DNA of 64,000 nt, from the NCBI RefSeq assembly GCF_009914755.1, contig NC_060947.1; one strand, written 5' to 3'. Positions 29,050-46,599 of this stretch are shown here, in pieces. The notes below the pieces were generated by a model. It was given only the letters and a program-made list of their open reading frames with translations. It was not told where the DNA came from and made no database searches. The DNA comes from the human T2T-CHM13v2.0 reference genome, Homo sapiens. Position 1 is the stretch's first letter; each line of letters begins with the position of its first letter. Both the position numbers and the translations under genes were made by a program.

Positions 29050-30480
29050 TCTTATTTAACAGCATCACAATCCATCCAGTGACCCAGGTTAAATCCCTAG
29101 AAACCTTGATACATCTCAATTCCCCCCTCTTCCTCCTTTTCATCATCATAGTCTCAGTCATCTTGATTCTGCCTTTCATGATCTCTTCCATTTCTCTTCC
29201 TTTTCTTCTTTGATTCCCCTGCCCTGGTTCATGTTGTTGTTTATCACTGTCATCATCATCACCTGTCTTGTTAGAGCAGCCTTGTGATTGATCTTCTCTC
29301 CTCTATCCTTTACACTACTCTATCCTTTACTCTATCTACTACTCGACCCTTTACACTACTGCCAGAATGATACAAGTAAAATACATGTTGGATCATGCCA
29401 TTCCCTTCCTCCAAAACCTTTGATAACTCCTTAATGCCTTCATCAGGGATGGTAAACACATAGATGCATACACTTTATATTGTCCCTGGCCGACTGTGCT
29501 AATCAATCATAGGCACGCTTTCCCAGGGAGAGTCCAAGTAGATTTAAAATCTGTTTAGCATAGCATTCTAGGTAGCCACTTATCAATCAGTCAGAGCTGG
29601 TATTAATATATAGACTAGGGATGGCACATAGATAAAGCCTGTAGAGAAATCTTAATCTCCTTATGATAGGATTCGGTATCTTCTGTGATTTTGGTCCCAA
29701 CCTTTTTTTTCAGCCTTGTTATTTAGTATATTCTTCCATGTGTTCTCTGATCCAGCCACCAGCACCATGCACTTCCATTCTTCTCTGAGTTTATACTTTG
29801 TTTATGCTGCACTGTTAGACAGAAATATTCTTTCTTTTCTCTTCCTGTTGAAATGCTAGTTATCATTCAAGGCTCAGCCCAAACACTCCCTCTTGTGAAG
29901 CTGTCTTCAAGCCTCTAAGCCGGATTTAGCCTCTCTTGTCTATTTTAGCATGTTATTCTGCCTTGTATTATGTAATTGTTTGTGTATCTTCCCTACTCCT
30001 TAGATTGTATGTTCCCAAATGTAAGGTCTATGTTTTTATTAATTTTTGTATCCCCCGCACAGCTTCTGGTACATTCTAGATTCCTAATTTTTTAAAAATT
30101 AAGTCTAGTCCAATCCCTTTGTTTTCCAGATGAGGAAACTGTGGCTTAGAGGAAAAGGTCATTAGTTCATTTTGGGATTTGTTGATTTTCAGATGTTTGA
30201 GATGTTGAGGATGGATTGTCCAGCAGGCTATTAAGATGTGGTGAAGGCTAGAAATGTTGATTTAGGAGGTATTGCCTTCGAGAAGATAAAGGAGGAGAAG
30301 AGGAGAGCATCATGCAAGCTAGAGAAGAGAAAGAAGAAAAGTATTCTGGGGAATGTCTCCTTTGGGAGCAGAAAGAAGACTCTGACGGAGCAGCCATCCA
30401 GGAAGTGGAATGAGATCCAGGAGAGGAAGGAGTTTCAGAAGGCAGGAGCTGGTCCTCTATGTCATGAAATGTAGAGGGTG
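29050..30480. mobile_element. L2 fragments with a short MIR
   Basis: L2-type motifs (tcattcaaggctcag, tagattgta...tttgtatcccc..cacag). Confidence 0.6.
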
Positions 30481-31799
30481 AGGCCAAGGAGGACCTGAGA
30501 GAAGGTAATTAGATTTGGTGTTTACAGGCTGGTCCCTGTGGCCAGCCACCCCACCCACTTTAAAATATTTACTCTACAAATGTTAATGTGTGAAGAGTTG
30601 CATGCCAGAATATTTATGGCATCAGTGTTGGTGGATACAGAACATTGGGAAACAACCCATTAATAGCAGAATGGTAAATCTGGCCAGTGAATAGTATAGC
30701 TTTTTAAAAGGAGGCTGATGTCTGAATTCACTTTCAAAGTTGTTCACAATGTATTGCTAAAATACAAAAATGTTGCAGAACCATATGTATGAGAGAAACC
30801 CCTTTTTCTAAAAAAAAAAAAAAAAAAAAAAAAGCCCAAGCAGCCTCTTTATATGTGCATGTTTATGAGCACATTTTAAAAATCTGGAAGAATGTATACT
30901 AAATAGCACTTACTCCTGAGTGATTAGGGAAAGAGGGGAATTCTCATTTTTTAATGACCACATTTCTGTATTATTTGAATTTGGTTTAAGTGTAGATTCC
31001 TTTAGTAATTAAGAGAAATACTTATTTAAATAAAGAAAGGATGATTGGCAGCCTGTGAGAATAGCTTTACTAAAAAAGATTCAATGGACAAAGGAAGCCA
31101 ACTCACGAGAGAACATTTGGCAACTGAGAAAACATCATGTGTTTTGGAGGCTGTGCCACAGGTGCCTTGCTGTCTGTGTGGCTGGTGGGGGTGAGGCAGG
31201 GGGCATGGAGAGATTACGGCTGGAATGAGGCAGTTACCCCATTGCCAGGAAGTTCAGTGGAAAGGGAGGGGATAAGTAGAAGAGTAGCTAAGTGGCCAAG
31301 AGGCAGGCAGGGGCTGATTAAGAAGGAATTAAAAAAGCAAATCTGTGTGTGTGTGTTTGTATGTGTGTGTGTGTGTCAGACAGTCAGATTCAGTGCTGAG
31401 CTGCAGAGGGAGAAGGAAGGGGACACTCATTGCTATGAGGAAACATCAGTGTGAAGCGGGGAGCAGGGTAGTTGAGAAGGGACAAATGGAATACCAATTT
31501 TAGTAGTAGGGAAGCTTCCAGAAAAGCATGAGATCTCAGGCCAATTAAGCCTCTGATACATGTAATGGTTGGGGACTAGGCTGGACTAGCTAATCGCCTT
31601 CTCTAACGGTAGGTTAAGAAAGCTCCTTTTTGTTTATGTTTTGGTTACAAAAAATGTTTTGGCAGTAGCAGACTTATTGTACTGGCTCAGAGAATAGTCT
31701 GGTGAGTGACTGAAATGGAATTTTTGTGAGCCCTTGAAGGCCTTTAAGTCATCTGGACCTGCTAAAGTTTGGGACTAGAAGTGGAGATGGAGAACAGTG

Positions 31800-31990
31800 G
31801 AGGTCAGAGTCCTCAACCCTGGCTGCATCTCTCAGTCACCTAGGGCAGCAGATAATAAAACACAAACCAATGCCTGCTCCCACACCCTGTTCTTAGATAA
31901 TTGATTACACTTGGGGCCTGGACATAGGCATTTAAGAAAAAACTCCTCAAGTGATTCTAATCTGTAGCCAGGGTTAGGAATCAATAGTTG
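31800..31990. mobile_element. MER5A-like
   Basis: tcctcaaccctggctgca...gtgattctaatctgtagccagggttaggaa. Confidence 0.75.
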
Positions 31991-33439
31991 AGAAGACTGG
32001 ATTAAATGTGTTCTGAGCCTAAACTGACCACTAGAAATGTGTGTGTGTGTGTGTGTGTATTGAGTGATATCTCAATATAGTTATTTCCTCCTCTTTATTC
32101 CCAAAGCCTTGGGAGTGGACTGCTTGTAAAGTGTTGGTCCCATTGCCTGCTAGTTAGTTGTTTACTTGTCAAGAGAGATCTAAGATGTAAGATTCTCAAT
32201 AATAGTAACTACCTTTATTGGGCCTTTTCAGGGATAGGTTTTCAGACTTACTCTGAATCATACAGCTTGTAGGATGGGTGCCAGCACTAGGACCCATATC
32301 TGCCCCTTTTGAGCAGAGTGCCTGGCATATAGGTATTTGATCATTGTCACATGATGTGACAAGGAGCTTTGTTTCTTTGTGCAATGCTTCTTTTTATTAA
32401 AAAACCCAGCGGTGGTAAAATCTGACGTATTTGAAAAGTCTGGTGGGAGAGAGGTTTGAGGAGAACTGCCTGGCATTCAAAAAGCTTATGATATGTTAGA
32501 TAGTGTGTGGTGAATCTAGATCACATAACATGTATTAAGCAATTACTCCAGGCCTAGTCGTACTAGAGAGATACAAAAGTATTAGATGTGGTTTCTGCCC
32601 CCAGGGAACTTATTATCAAGGCTCATTAACAGTCTGACTACTGTATTTTCAGGTGGCAAGTATGTACAGAATTTATGACCAGAAAATGCTAGAGATCAGA
32701 GAGGCTTTCAAGTTCCTGAAGTTCAAGCCCGTCGTTTTGCAGATAGAGAAAGAAGCCCAGAGCAGAAAGCTGCTTGCTGAAGGTCACACCACTTGGGAAT
32801 GGCAGAGCCAGGGCTGGTGTATATGGCCTTACCCTTTGAGGTCCTATTACACTCTGTTCTGTCGCCCTTGAAGGACAGGTGAACCTAATGGCCTGTGTTA
32901 AAACTTTAACGATATGCTTTATGCCTCCAGGCCTCCTTATGGTTTGGGGGAGGGGAGGTTAAATTTTAGTCTTTCTTAAAACCTTGAGTGGGAAGGGCCA
33001 GCACTGGTTACCTCTGGCTCAAGCCCAAGAGTTCTAAAGATGGCTAATTTTCCCTTTACTGAGACAACCACTGATTCTAGTCTAATTAGGGCACTTTCCT
33101 ACTCCTCCTAAGGGTCTTTCCCAAGCTCAGTGTGTTTATGACTTTTCTACTTCAGTTCCTCATTTTTTTTTTTCCTTTTTGTGAAACTCACCTTAAAGAC
33201 AAGAGGTGCCTGTCCTTATGGGTGGGCCTGAGAGTTAGAGGAGTGGGGCCAGTTCCTAGTGATACTAGCATCAGGCTGGTTCTTTTGGCCTTGTCCCCTG
33301 CTACTTCCCAAGCCAGAAATTTAGATCCAAGTTTGGGGCTTTCTCAGAAGGTTCAGGTATAATTCAAGGTAGAGGTATTCTTCCTTCCAGACCCCTCTCC
33401 CCACACAGTTAGTATTAGGGTATAATTCTAGTCACCACT

Positions 33440-33615
33440 AACATCTATTGAACGCTTACCAAGTGCCAGGCATCCTGTGGAATAGATGCTATTATTTGCA
33501 TTCCCATTTTATAGATAAGAAAAATAAGGGTCAGGGAGGTTACGTAACATACCCAAGGTCACACAGCTAGAAAGTGACCAAGCTGGTATGGATGTGTAGA
33601 TCTGGCTGACTCGTT
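33440..33615 (-). mobile_element. MIR
   Basis: cccattttatagataagaaa...cccaaggtcacacagctag. Confidence 0.75.
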
Positions 33616-34110
33616 ACTGTTAGGCTAATGGAGCCTAACATGAAAATAAGTTACTAATTATATTTTTGTATTGACGAAGAACCATTTGCCAATTTTCTGC
33701 AAGCCAATTTAAAGAACTGGTTGAAAGAGAAGCATCCTACCTATAGTTCTGTTCCACTGTGGGGTGGACTGTATCAAGAGGCTTGCCAGTCACCTGCATT
33801 TGTCAAGTAAGTCCCTTCCCTTCTCTGAGATTCAGTTTCTGCCTCTGTAAATGAGAGGGTCAGACCAGATGGTATCTAAGACCTTTTCTGGCTTCATTTG
33901 CTACTTCCTGGTAGAATGGAAAAATTGTAGAATTGGATGAAGGACACAATGCATTAGAAACACAAATGTGGAGAGAATACATAGTTCATCACGGATGGGT
34001 TAGTTAGCCAGTTACACACTGTTTCTGTTTTCCCTTGTGAATTTATAATGAAACATTTTTTTTTTCTTTTCAGTGAGCTTCTTGCTAACATCAGAAAGTA
34101 CTAGCTTTCC

Positions 34111-34410
34111 TTTTTTGTTGTTTGGTTCTTTTGTTTGTTGGAGACAGGGTCTTGTTCTATCACTCAGGCTAGATGCAGTGGTGTAATTACAGCTCAACTG
34201 TAACCTCGAACTCTTGGACTCAAGAGTTCTTCCACCTCAGCCTCTCGAGTAACTAGGACCACAGGCACATGCCATCGCACCTGGCTGATTTTTAAATTTT
34301 TTGTAGAGACAGGGTCTCACTGTGTTGCCCAGGCTGGTCTCGAACTTCTAGCCTCACGTGATCCTCCTGCCAAAGTCCTGGGATTACTGTTGTGAGCCAC
34401 TGTGCCTGTC
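34111..34410 (-). mobile_element. AluJ
   Basis: Antisense Alu; flanking repeat ctagctttc. Confidence 0.9.
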
Positions 34411-34828
34411 CTCTAGCTTTCTTAAAGGAGCTGTTATTTAATTTCAGGGCTTGTAGTCTCTAAAACTGTTGGTAAACGTTGAATAAAGGCTGAAGGGTAA
34501 CAGGGCACTTAAATACGAGATGCCATGTTTTATGGCTCTGTGTGAGAATTAGTAAAATTTGTGTTCTGTTTTACAAGAGGGCCTTGGGAGATGATGGTTT
34601 CTAGAAGAGAAGCAATTGAAACAACAGATTGTACATGTAACTTTTATCTCCTTGCAGGGTTTAAGAGCAGGCAGATACATAACTAGGTCTAGTGTATGGT
34701 ATCATTCATTTATCTGTGTGTCGTGAAAAGATCTTGTATTCAGGAACACTAGGTTAATAATCTACAAAATCTAATACTATTAGAATGGTAGGCTTGATCT
34801 TAAAATTTTTATGTTGTTGTTATTGTTG

Positions 34829-34857
34829 GGTGTGTGTGTGTGTGTGTGTGTGTGTGT
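34829..34857. repeat. (GT)n microsatellite
   Basis: Directly visible. Confidence 0.9.
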
Positions 34858-35709
34858 TGGCATATGTGTTCTTGAACCCAGTGGCCTTTATTTTGGATGG
34901 TTTGTATATCAGCTTGCATCAGGGAAGGCTCTGAGGGCTTGTCCCCAAAGCCAGGCTCTTTCCTCCTCTCCTGCTGGCTCACGTATGTCTCCAGGTTCTT
35001 ATAAGGCAGAATAGACTAGGTACTGCTATTAGAAGGAACAAAATTATTTACCTTGGGACAGGAAGGAGAAGCCCTAACAGGTGGGCTCTGATGGCAGTGC
35101 TGCTTGGCATACAGTCAGTGCTACACAAATGTTAAGCATTCTGCTCACTGGTCCTAGGTCAAAGCCCTTGGGATGCTCATCACTTGTGGGCTCAGGTATC
35201 AGGGCAGCTGAGTTAGAAAGCCCAACAATATTGCTATACAGAGGGAGTTAAAAACCAGATGGCATCAAAACCCAAGCTGCACACACATCTTGTTCTTCAG
35301 CTGCCAACTCTGCACCTCAATCTGATTTTACCTTATTCTCACCTAGGTCTGGGTAAGTTCATGTAATTGCATGTTCCTGCCATGAATATCCTGGTTTTCA
35401 GAAAAAGAGTGAGTGAGATGAGGCCACAGTGTGGCAGTATTTGTTTTGTTTGTTTGTTTTTGTTTTTAATGTTGCTCAGTCATGCCACGAAATGGGTACC
35501 TCCTAAACACTAACTTGGATACCCTGCTGGTTTGCTGCCTTTCAGTTTTCTATTCACATAATTATTGTTTGCATTCCCATTCTAATTTTGGCCTCTGGTC
35601 TCAGTAAGAAGGAGAATTGAAATACTCAGTGTCACACTCATTACACCCACGACCCTCATTCATTTCACAAACTAACCTCCTGTATTTCTTCTCTTCTTCT
35701 GGCTTGGCA

Positions 35710-35935
35710 TAGGGCTTTTGACTTAGATCTGAGCTCAAAGCTAATTTCTATTACTCATGAGCTGTGTGCCTTTAGGCAAGTCACCCAATCACTGTCATTA
35801 TGTTTTTCATTTGTAAAATGGAGCTAAAAATTCTATCTACCTCTTCAAGTTATTTAGAGAATTATGTGAGTTAATATTTCTAAAGCTCTGGGAACACTGT
35901 GTGGTACATATTAGGTATTCAAAAAATATTAGTTA
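35710..35935 (+). mobile_element. MIR
   Basis: agctgtgtgcctttaggcaagtcac...tgtaaaatgg. Confidence 0.7.
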
Positions 35936-36404
35936 CAGTCTTCCTCCTTGCTCCCCAAGAAATAGAGCCAGTAACAACAACCTTTCTTCTAATACCTCAT
36001 GAACTTCTCCTGGCATTAGCTGTCTGAAGGGGCTGAGGTTTGCCTTTTCTTTTGACGATGGAGATTAGTCATTAGAAACTCTGGATTTCATCCTCACAGG
36101 AAACTTGAAGTTGTTGACTTTTGTTCCTTGTTAAAGAGTTGGTACGACTGGGGCGGAAATCTCCAGAGAAAAGGGCGTGTTCCTCTACTAATTACTCTGT
36201 AGACGGCAGAGGGTGTGTGAGTAATGAGCTGTATGCTGGGTGTGGGAGTTCAGTGCCCAGCCTTCGGGAAAACATGGGTAGGTTTCATTGGCTCTTATAG
36301 CAGTTTGTGGCTCCCTGACTCTATCTACCCTGGAGATGTATTGGAGTCCAATAGTTAGAACCTCAGAGCCGTGGGTAATAGGCCTATTACCTACTTCTTC
36401 ACAG

Positions 36405-36615
36405 TAATGATAACAGCTCACATTTATTTTGCCCTTACTTTGTGCCAGGCATTGTCCTAAGTGCCTTATGCGCATGAACTCATTTAATCCTCACAAGAAT
36501 TCTAAAAGGTAGGGTGCAGAGCAACTAAATAGCTTGCCTACAGTCACACAGCTAGTGGGGTGGAGCTCGGATTAGAAATTAGGCAGTTCAGAGACCATAA
36601 ACTTAACCAACTGCT
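36405..36615 (-). mobile_element. MIR
   Basis: tgtgccaggcattgtcctaag..aactcatttaatcctcacaa. Confidence 0.8.
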
Positions 36616-36669
36616 TGGTTGAGTCTCTAGTCCTTTGGTTTCCTTTTTTAACTTAACATGTTATAATTT

Positions 36670-38830
<2,161 letters not shown>

Positions 38831-39945
38831 AAATGTTCAATATAGGGGTCCCGTGGCAACTTAGAGTGTGGATAGATCTACATGCTATAAGGGTGGCTTG
38901 GTAATGGTGAAAGCATCCCTCTGGGTGGGCTGGGTAAATTGGATTTTCAGCTCCAGGGAAGAAACACCCTTAAAATCAAAATTGCACCTTCTTGAAGAGT
39001 TCTTAAATTTGACATTGCCAAACAAAATTAACACCCTCATATCCTCAAGTGCCAGAGGCTTTTGTCGTTATTGAAAACACTCTTAAAAGCTGCATTCCTT
39101 CTGGGATGCATGAGGGGTTGGGAAGGAAAGCTTTATTTTTCATGGGCCTTACAGACATTACTTCTGGTTGGTCAGACATGTTTCAGACCCTTGGACTTTC
39201 TTCTTCTTACTGCCTAGTATTTTCTATGAGACTTGAGCCAAATCCTGTTACCTCTCTGCCTTTTAGGTTCAATGACTGGTTCCCTTTTCCCCTGACAGAA
39301 GTGAGGTGTGGAGAAATTGAAATAATAGTTGCATAGGGATTCTAAATAATTTATTAGTTCCCTCACTTGCTCTGCAGGAAACAAAAATAAAGTCTATAGA
39401 AGACAGTGTTCACGAGGATCAAGCAACAGAAATGATGTCAGCTATTCCCCCTTTTATTAGATTTTCGAATGGAATCAGACTATGTGAAGCTGGAAGGCAT
39501 ACAGAGAGACAAATTACATTTGGTCACATATGGGTGGGAATGGAACTTTTCAGTCCAGCTCTTGAGCCTATGTGGTGCTGTGAAATCTTATTTTCATGCT
39601 CTGTTAGGGCAGCAGCTCCTGATTCTGATTGCGTTTCCTAAATAAGCACTCTGAGCTAGTCCTCTTTGCTAGCCCTTCCTTGCTACTCAGAGAGTTTCAA
39701 TGAAGGGGGAGCAGGTGACCCAGTTAGGGTCCCTTGTTTCAGGTGTTCTTTCATTTGAATGTAACAATACTTCTCTGTCTCTTTTTTTAAAAAAAACTTT
39801 ATTTTTTGATTATAGAAGTAGCATATGATCATAAATTAAGAAATTAGAAATATAGAAATATAGAAAACAAAAGTGAAAGTTTCTGGTAATCTGTCTCCCT
39901 GACCTGTTCTCTTCTCTCCCTTTTTCTCTCTCTTTTTCTCTGTCT

Positions 39946-40257
39946 GTTTTTTTTTTTTTTTTTTTTTTTTTTTTTGAGGCTGGGTCTCACTCTGTCACCC
40001 AGGCTGGAGTGCAGTGGCATGATCATGGCTCACTGTAGCCTTGACTTCCCTGGGCTCAGGTGATCCTCCTGCCTTAGCCTCCCGAGTAGCTGAGATTACA
40101 GGTACATGCCACCACACCTGGCTAATTTTTGTATTTTTTGTAGAGACAGGGTTTCACTGCGTTGCCGAGGCTAGTTTGAACTCCTGGGCTTAAGCAATCC
40201 TTCCATCTCTGCCTCCCAAAGTGATGGGATTATGGGCATGAGCCATCGCATTCGGCC
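39946..40257 (-). mobile_element. AluJ
   Basis: Long poly(T) followed by an antisense Alu. Confidence 0.93.
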
Positions 40258-40375
40258 TCTTTTTTTTTTTTTTTAACATTTTTTTTCGTGTTTTTAAATG
40301 TGGGTTTTATTATTGTTCAGATGTGAAAAGGCCAACGGATCAAGAGACAGTTGCCATTTAAAAGATAGTACATTC

Positions 40376-40696
<321 letters not shown>

Positions 40697-40749
40697 TCAA
40701 AAGGAACTATTATGATACATTGTGTCTTATAATTTTTAAAAATTTTAAA

Positions 40750-41158
40750 ATTTTTTATTATACTTTCAGTTCTGGGATACATGTGCAGAACGTGTAGGTT
40801 TGTTACATAGGTATACATGTGCCATGGTGGTTTGCTGCACCCATCAACCCTTTGTCTACATTAAGTATTTCTCCTAATGTTATCCCTCCTCTTCCCCTGC
40901 AACTGCCGACAGGCCCCGGCATGTGATGTTCCCTTCCCTGTGCCCATATGTTCTCATTGTTTGACTCCCACTTATGAGTGAGAACATGAGGTGTTCGGTT
41001 TTCTGTTCCTATGTTAATTTGCTGAGAATGATGGTTTCCAGCTTCATCCATGTCCCTGTAAAGGACATTAACTGATTGTTTTTTATGGCTGCATAGTATT
41101 CCATGGTGTATATGTGCCACATTTTCTTTATCCAGTCTATCATTGATGGGCATTTGGG
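40750..41158 (-). mobile_element. 5'-truncated L1PA (L1PA7/8-like) 3' end carrying a 3' transduction
   Basis: L1PA 3' UTR on the minus strand; TSD ttttaacatttttt at 40271-40284 and 41159-41172. Confidence 0.9.
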
Positions 41159-41174
41159 TTTTAACATTTTTTAA

Positions 41175-41458
<284 letters not shown>

Positions 41459-41499
41459 CCCTAGTCCTCCTTTTTATAATAATTTTAAAAAGGTTTTTT

Positions 41500-41780
41500 T
41501 GCTTATTGTTATTATTTTTAATTAATCCATAATATTTTATATATTTTTGAAGTACAGTGTGAGATTTTGATACACGTATCCATTAACCAATGTCTCCCTA
41601 ATCCCTCCTTTCCCCCTACCTTTCCCCACCTCTAGTAACTACTACTGTACTCTCTACTTCTATGAGATCAACTTTTTTAGTCCTGCTCTTTTTTTTTCTT
41701 TTTATTATTATTATTATTATCATTATACTTTAAGTTTTAGGATACATGTGCACAATGTGCAGGTTTGTTACATATATAAA
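41500..41780 (-). mobile_element. L1MA-like fragment plus a ~90-bp L1PA 3' tip
   Basis: ctctagtaac..actctctacttctatgagatcaacttttttag; ttatactttaagttttaggatacatgtgcacaa. Confidence 0.75.
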
Positions 41781-44229
41781 GACCTCGGCTAATGTGAAAG
41801 AATATCTCCTTCTCACTCTCTGATCTTTTCCTTTAAATTTGCATTTCTCACAAAAGTGTAGTGTGAAAAAAAATCCAGCTTGATGGGGGAGAGGGCTCCA
41901 GATTTTACAGAATATGGCTGCATGAAGTAAAGGTCAGGGGTTGAAGGAACTGGAATTAAAAATGCCAATTACTCATCTTTATTTAAAAATGGGTAAATAT
42001 AAGGCAGAAAATAATATTTTAGGTACACACATCCTGATCTAGCTATGTTTATGTGTGTTGGGGTGATGGATGGACAAGAGGTATAGTTCAAATGAGATCA
42101 TTTTTGTGAAATGGCTTTGTAAACTGTAACATGCCCTATAAATATGAGATTAGCTTTAATACTGGCCCTGACTCTCCAGTGTGGCTTTGTGTGTTTGTCT
42201 AAACACTTAGTTAATATCTGTCAGTGGTCCATTGCACAAGGAACTGACACAATGGTATCCTGTGCCTCTGTTGTTGTTGTTGTTGTTTTTTTTTGCAGTT
42301 CTAAAAGCTTAGTTAATTGCCTTCATTAGCTTAATATATACCACGTGAAAAGCATAGAAAAGCAGAACTCAAAACTCAGAGAATAAAGGACAGAACATAA
42401 CTAACTACTGATGTGCACCTTAGTTACCTGATGCAGGGAATTGAAGCATATAAGCTTCATCTAGTACTACCTCAAATACAGTAAAGTGGATGACAGCACT
42501 CGATAAACTGTAAAGCTGAATAATAATGCCAAGGATTGTTGTCATCATGACTACTTAGATTGGCTGTCACCCAGTGACTTAGCTGTGATATGCTTCCAGG
42601 CAGTTCCTGAGAGGTCCTGCAAGCCCCTTTCCTGTACAGGTGCTAGAAAGTGCCATAGAAATACAGTCTCCTGATGACTGTAAAAGCCAGGCAGCTAAAT
42701 TTAATAAGACATTTGTCAAGGAGATGGAAGATTATGGCCAATTTTGGTAGACAGATAGTTGCCGGCTAAAACAAAGCATGTATTGAACTGTTTTGGAGTA
42801 GGAAGAAGCATTGCTATGACAACAAATTACTTATATTTGATTTAGAAGAAGGAGAGCAGTGTAGCTTAATGGTTTAGAAAGCTCATGAGAACAATTGTTG
42901 GCACGGGTTTATGTTAAAATATAAAATGTTAAGTAGGATCTGTTAAATAATTGAGCACCTCAGTGCATTCTGTCTCTTCTCTCACTGTCTCTAACCAATA
43001 GAAGACAATATAAATAAATTCAAAGAAAAAAAAGCTAGCAGAATTACATGCAAATTGTTCCATTTTATAAGGTGCCCAAATGAAATTCACAGCCAAAATT
43101 TGCTGGAATGCAAAAAATGTCGTTTCTTTACAGGAAAAAAAGAACCCAGAGACCTATTCACTGTGTTTTCATGCCATCCAAACCTGATGATGGTAGTTTG
43201 GAGTTTCTCATTCTGTAGGTGATTAATCTTCTTTGTGATTGGTAGTATGTTTTATTTGAAAAGAAACTACACTTCAGACCATTTCTATCCTTTGGCTGTG
43301 TTCATGCCTGAGAGAATGAGTAAACAGTCATTTGTATGAACTGGTTATTTGTAGTTCCCCTGGGGAAGTAGGTATCAGGCAGGTAGCAAAGGCATCTAGC
43401 ATCTGGAGGAAGCTTGTGGATATAGAGGCTTTCTCTTAGAAAGATAGCTCTTTCCTTTTCCTAAAGGTAAAACCAAACAGATGGCCCATATTCACTGGGG
43501 ATAGGTCTCAGGGTCTTCTTCATCGGGTTCTGAGGGTGGGTAGATCTAAGGACTCCTTGAGGGCTCTTGAGGCAGAGAATCAGATACTTTCTAATCTCTC
43601 CTTTTTTGCTTTTCCCTGATCCCCACTTTTACCCAGTACCATCTTCCTGTTTTCCCCTTATACTTCCAGAACAGTACAGTAAAGTAGGAAACAGGGAAAA
43701 GCTTGGAAAATGGAGGACTGACTCCAAGAGGACAGGAATAACTACCCTCAGCTTTTAAACTGCCTCTGCAGGCAAAACTCACAAATTTGTATTCCCCCCC
43801 GCCCCACCGCCCACCCAACTTCTTTGGAGGGAAAAATTCCATTGGTCATTAATACTGGGAGGAGGCCATGTCATAGAGTTCATTCAGAGGCGGAAGACTG
43901 AAAATAATAAGCCAGATCTTAGGCTAACCTTCTCCTGTAACAGAGAAGTGACCCAGAATCACAGCTGTTTGATGAATAATAGAATTTGCCTGGCATATAG
44001 TTTAAATTTCACCTTCTTATGTGACTTGGTGTTCTGTGTTTTACTAGTTGGCATCATGTCAGATCATGTTCTACCCTCCTCGGAAACTTCTAGTGCTCTC
44101 AGTTACTTACAAAATAAAATCCAGAATTGGTGAGCTGTTCCTTAAGGCTCTTCATGATGTGGAAATAGACCTCTTAGAAAAAGGTTGCAAAAGCAATGCA
44201 TACTCATTATAGAAAATTTGGAAACTAAA

Positions 44230-44454
44230 GAATTTGGCAAACTTTTTCTGTAAAGGGCCAGATAGTAAATGTTTTAGGCTTTGTGAACCATGCTGTGTCT
44301 GCCACAACTACTCAACTCTGCTATTGAAGCACAAAAGCAGCTACAGATAATGCCAGTATGTGAGTGAATGTGTGTGGCAGTGTTCTACTAAAACTATATA
44401 CAAATCAGTCAGTGGGCCACGTTTGGTTCGCGGGTTATTGTTTGCTGAACACTG
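44230..44454. mobile_element. MER58A-like DNA transposon
   Basis: ggcaaactttttctgtaaagggccagatagtaaat...caactactcaactctgc. Confidence 0.85.
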
Positions 44455-44468
44455 CTATAGAAAATAAA

Positions 44469-45105
44469 ACTAGTTCAACCATTGTGGAAGTCAGTGTGGC
44501 GATTCCTCAGGGATCTAGAACTAGAAATACCATTTGACCCAGCCATCCCATTACTGGGTATATACCCAAAGGACTATAAATCATGCTGCTATAAAGACAC
44601 ATGCACACGTATGTTTATTGCGGCACTATTCACAATAGCAAAGACTTGGAACCAACCCAAATGTCCAACAATGATAGACTGAATTAAGAAAATGTGGCAC
44701 ATATACACCATGGAATACTATGTAGCCATAAAAAATGATGAGTTCATGTCCTTTGTAGGGACATGGATGAAATTGGAAATCATCATTCTCAGTAAACTAT
44801 CGCAAGAACAAAAAACCAAACACCGCATATTCTCACTCATTGGTGGGAATTGAACAATGAGAACACATGAACACAGGAAGGGGAACATCACACTCTGGGG
44901 ACTGTTGTGGGGTGGGGGGAGGGGGGAGGGATAGCATTAGTAGATATACCTAATGCTAAATGACGAGTTAATGGGTGCAGCACACCAGCATGGCACATGT
45001 ATACATATGTAACTAACATGCACGTTGTGCACATGTACCCTAAAACTTAAAGTATAATAATAATAAAATAAAATTAAAAAAAGAAATGAAAAAAATAAAT
45101 AAAAA
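44469..45105 (+). mobile_element. 5'-truncated young L1 (L1PA2/3-like): end of ORF2, 3' UTR and A tail
   Basis: Near-consensus WKSVWRFLRDLELEIPFDPAIPLLGIYPK; G-run; GAG rather than ACA at the L1HS diagnostic site. Confidence 0.93.
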
Positions 45106-45314
45106 TCACTCATAGTCTTGCCACAAAAATGTTAACATTTTTGCTTATTCTCCTTCTTCTCTTCACATTATTTTACATGCTTGTGTCTATACTGTATATT
45201 GCCAATTTTATACCTGATTTTTTTCACTAAGCATCCTCATAAACGTTTCCTGTGTTATTTAAAACTTGTTGGCATAACTCTTAATGCCTATGTGGTACTC
45301 CATCCTGTATGTAA

Positions 45315-45610
<296 letters not shown>

Positions 45611-46599
45611 CCTATTTTTTTTTTTTTGCAGTTATAAACTTTAAAAAGTTTACTCTTGTACAAATCTTTGTGTTTCACATTATTTTGTAGGTCACTTTCC
45701 TTGAAGTGGAGTTACCAGGACAGGGGTATGGATGTTTTTAAGGAGCTTAATATCTCTTTTTTTGTTGTTTTTTTTTAAAAAAGGTAGTGCTTATGTACAT
45801 TCCTACTAGCAGTGGGGACAGAGAGAGCCTCTTCCAACTCATCCTCACCAACATCAGATATTGTCACTAAAGCAAAATCTTTTTTTTAAAGCAAATTTTA
45901 AAAAAATGGCATCTAAGTTAATGTGTAATTCTTTGTTAAGGTGATTGGAGAAAAAGTTTCAAATGATTGTTGAATGATGAATGGGATCACATAGTTCTTC
46001 TTTGGCTCAGTTTTTCATAAATGTACCTTGGGCCCTAACTTGCTTCTCCTTTTCCTCATGCAGTTACCCCCTTTCATCTTTCTGGCTCCTTCTGTTAAAA
46101 TTCTACTTATTCTTTAGGGCTCAATCCTATCTGTATTCATGTACCTGTCTGTGGAGTCCTCCCTAGTTCCTCCTACTCGATATGATCTCTTGCCTTTGAA
46201 TCCCTGTAGCACTGTGTACCTCTCTTGTGGTATTTATGTCTTTCTGCCCCTTTTTTTGGTTATCTCTGTACTGGCTTTATGCCTATGGCATGGACACTGG
46301 GTAATGTTATCTTTGCATTGACTCCCAGAGCCTAGTAGAGAGCTTAGTGTACAATGGGCTGATTAGCCTATCAGAGCTATGTTGAAAGGTGCCTAAGGTC
46401 TGCTGCAGATGACCTTTCAAAATATTCGATGTTGCAATTACCTGTGATGTTTACAGAACGGATTGGGATCACTGATAAGAGATGCTTTGCTGGTTACTTA
46501 AGATGGGCTGTATCTATAAGTCCTAGTCACTCTTTTTTGTGAAATTTGAATCATCAAATTTTCCAAGTAGTGATAAAAAACAATTTTAGCATATGTTAG

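Noticed and set aside
30180-30833. Acceptor-like site followed ~620 bp later by a long A-run, resembling a terminal exon or processed pseudogene
   Set aside because: Sequence looks L2/L1M-derived, with no AATAAA just before the A-run, no TSD and no recognisable ORF. The run would cause oligo-dT internal priming.
44482-44682. ORFs with L1 ORF2 C-terminal similarity (also 40803-41153 and 52271-52456)
   Set aside because: 5'-truncated L1 remnants, not functional genes.
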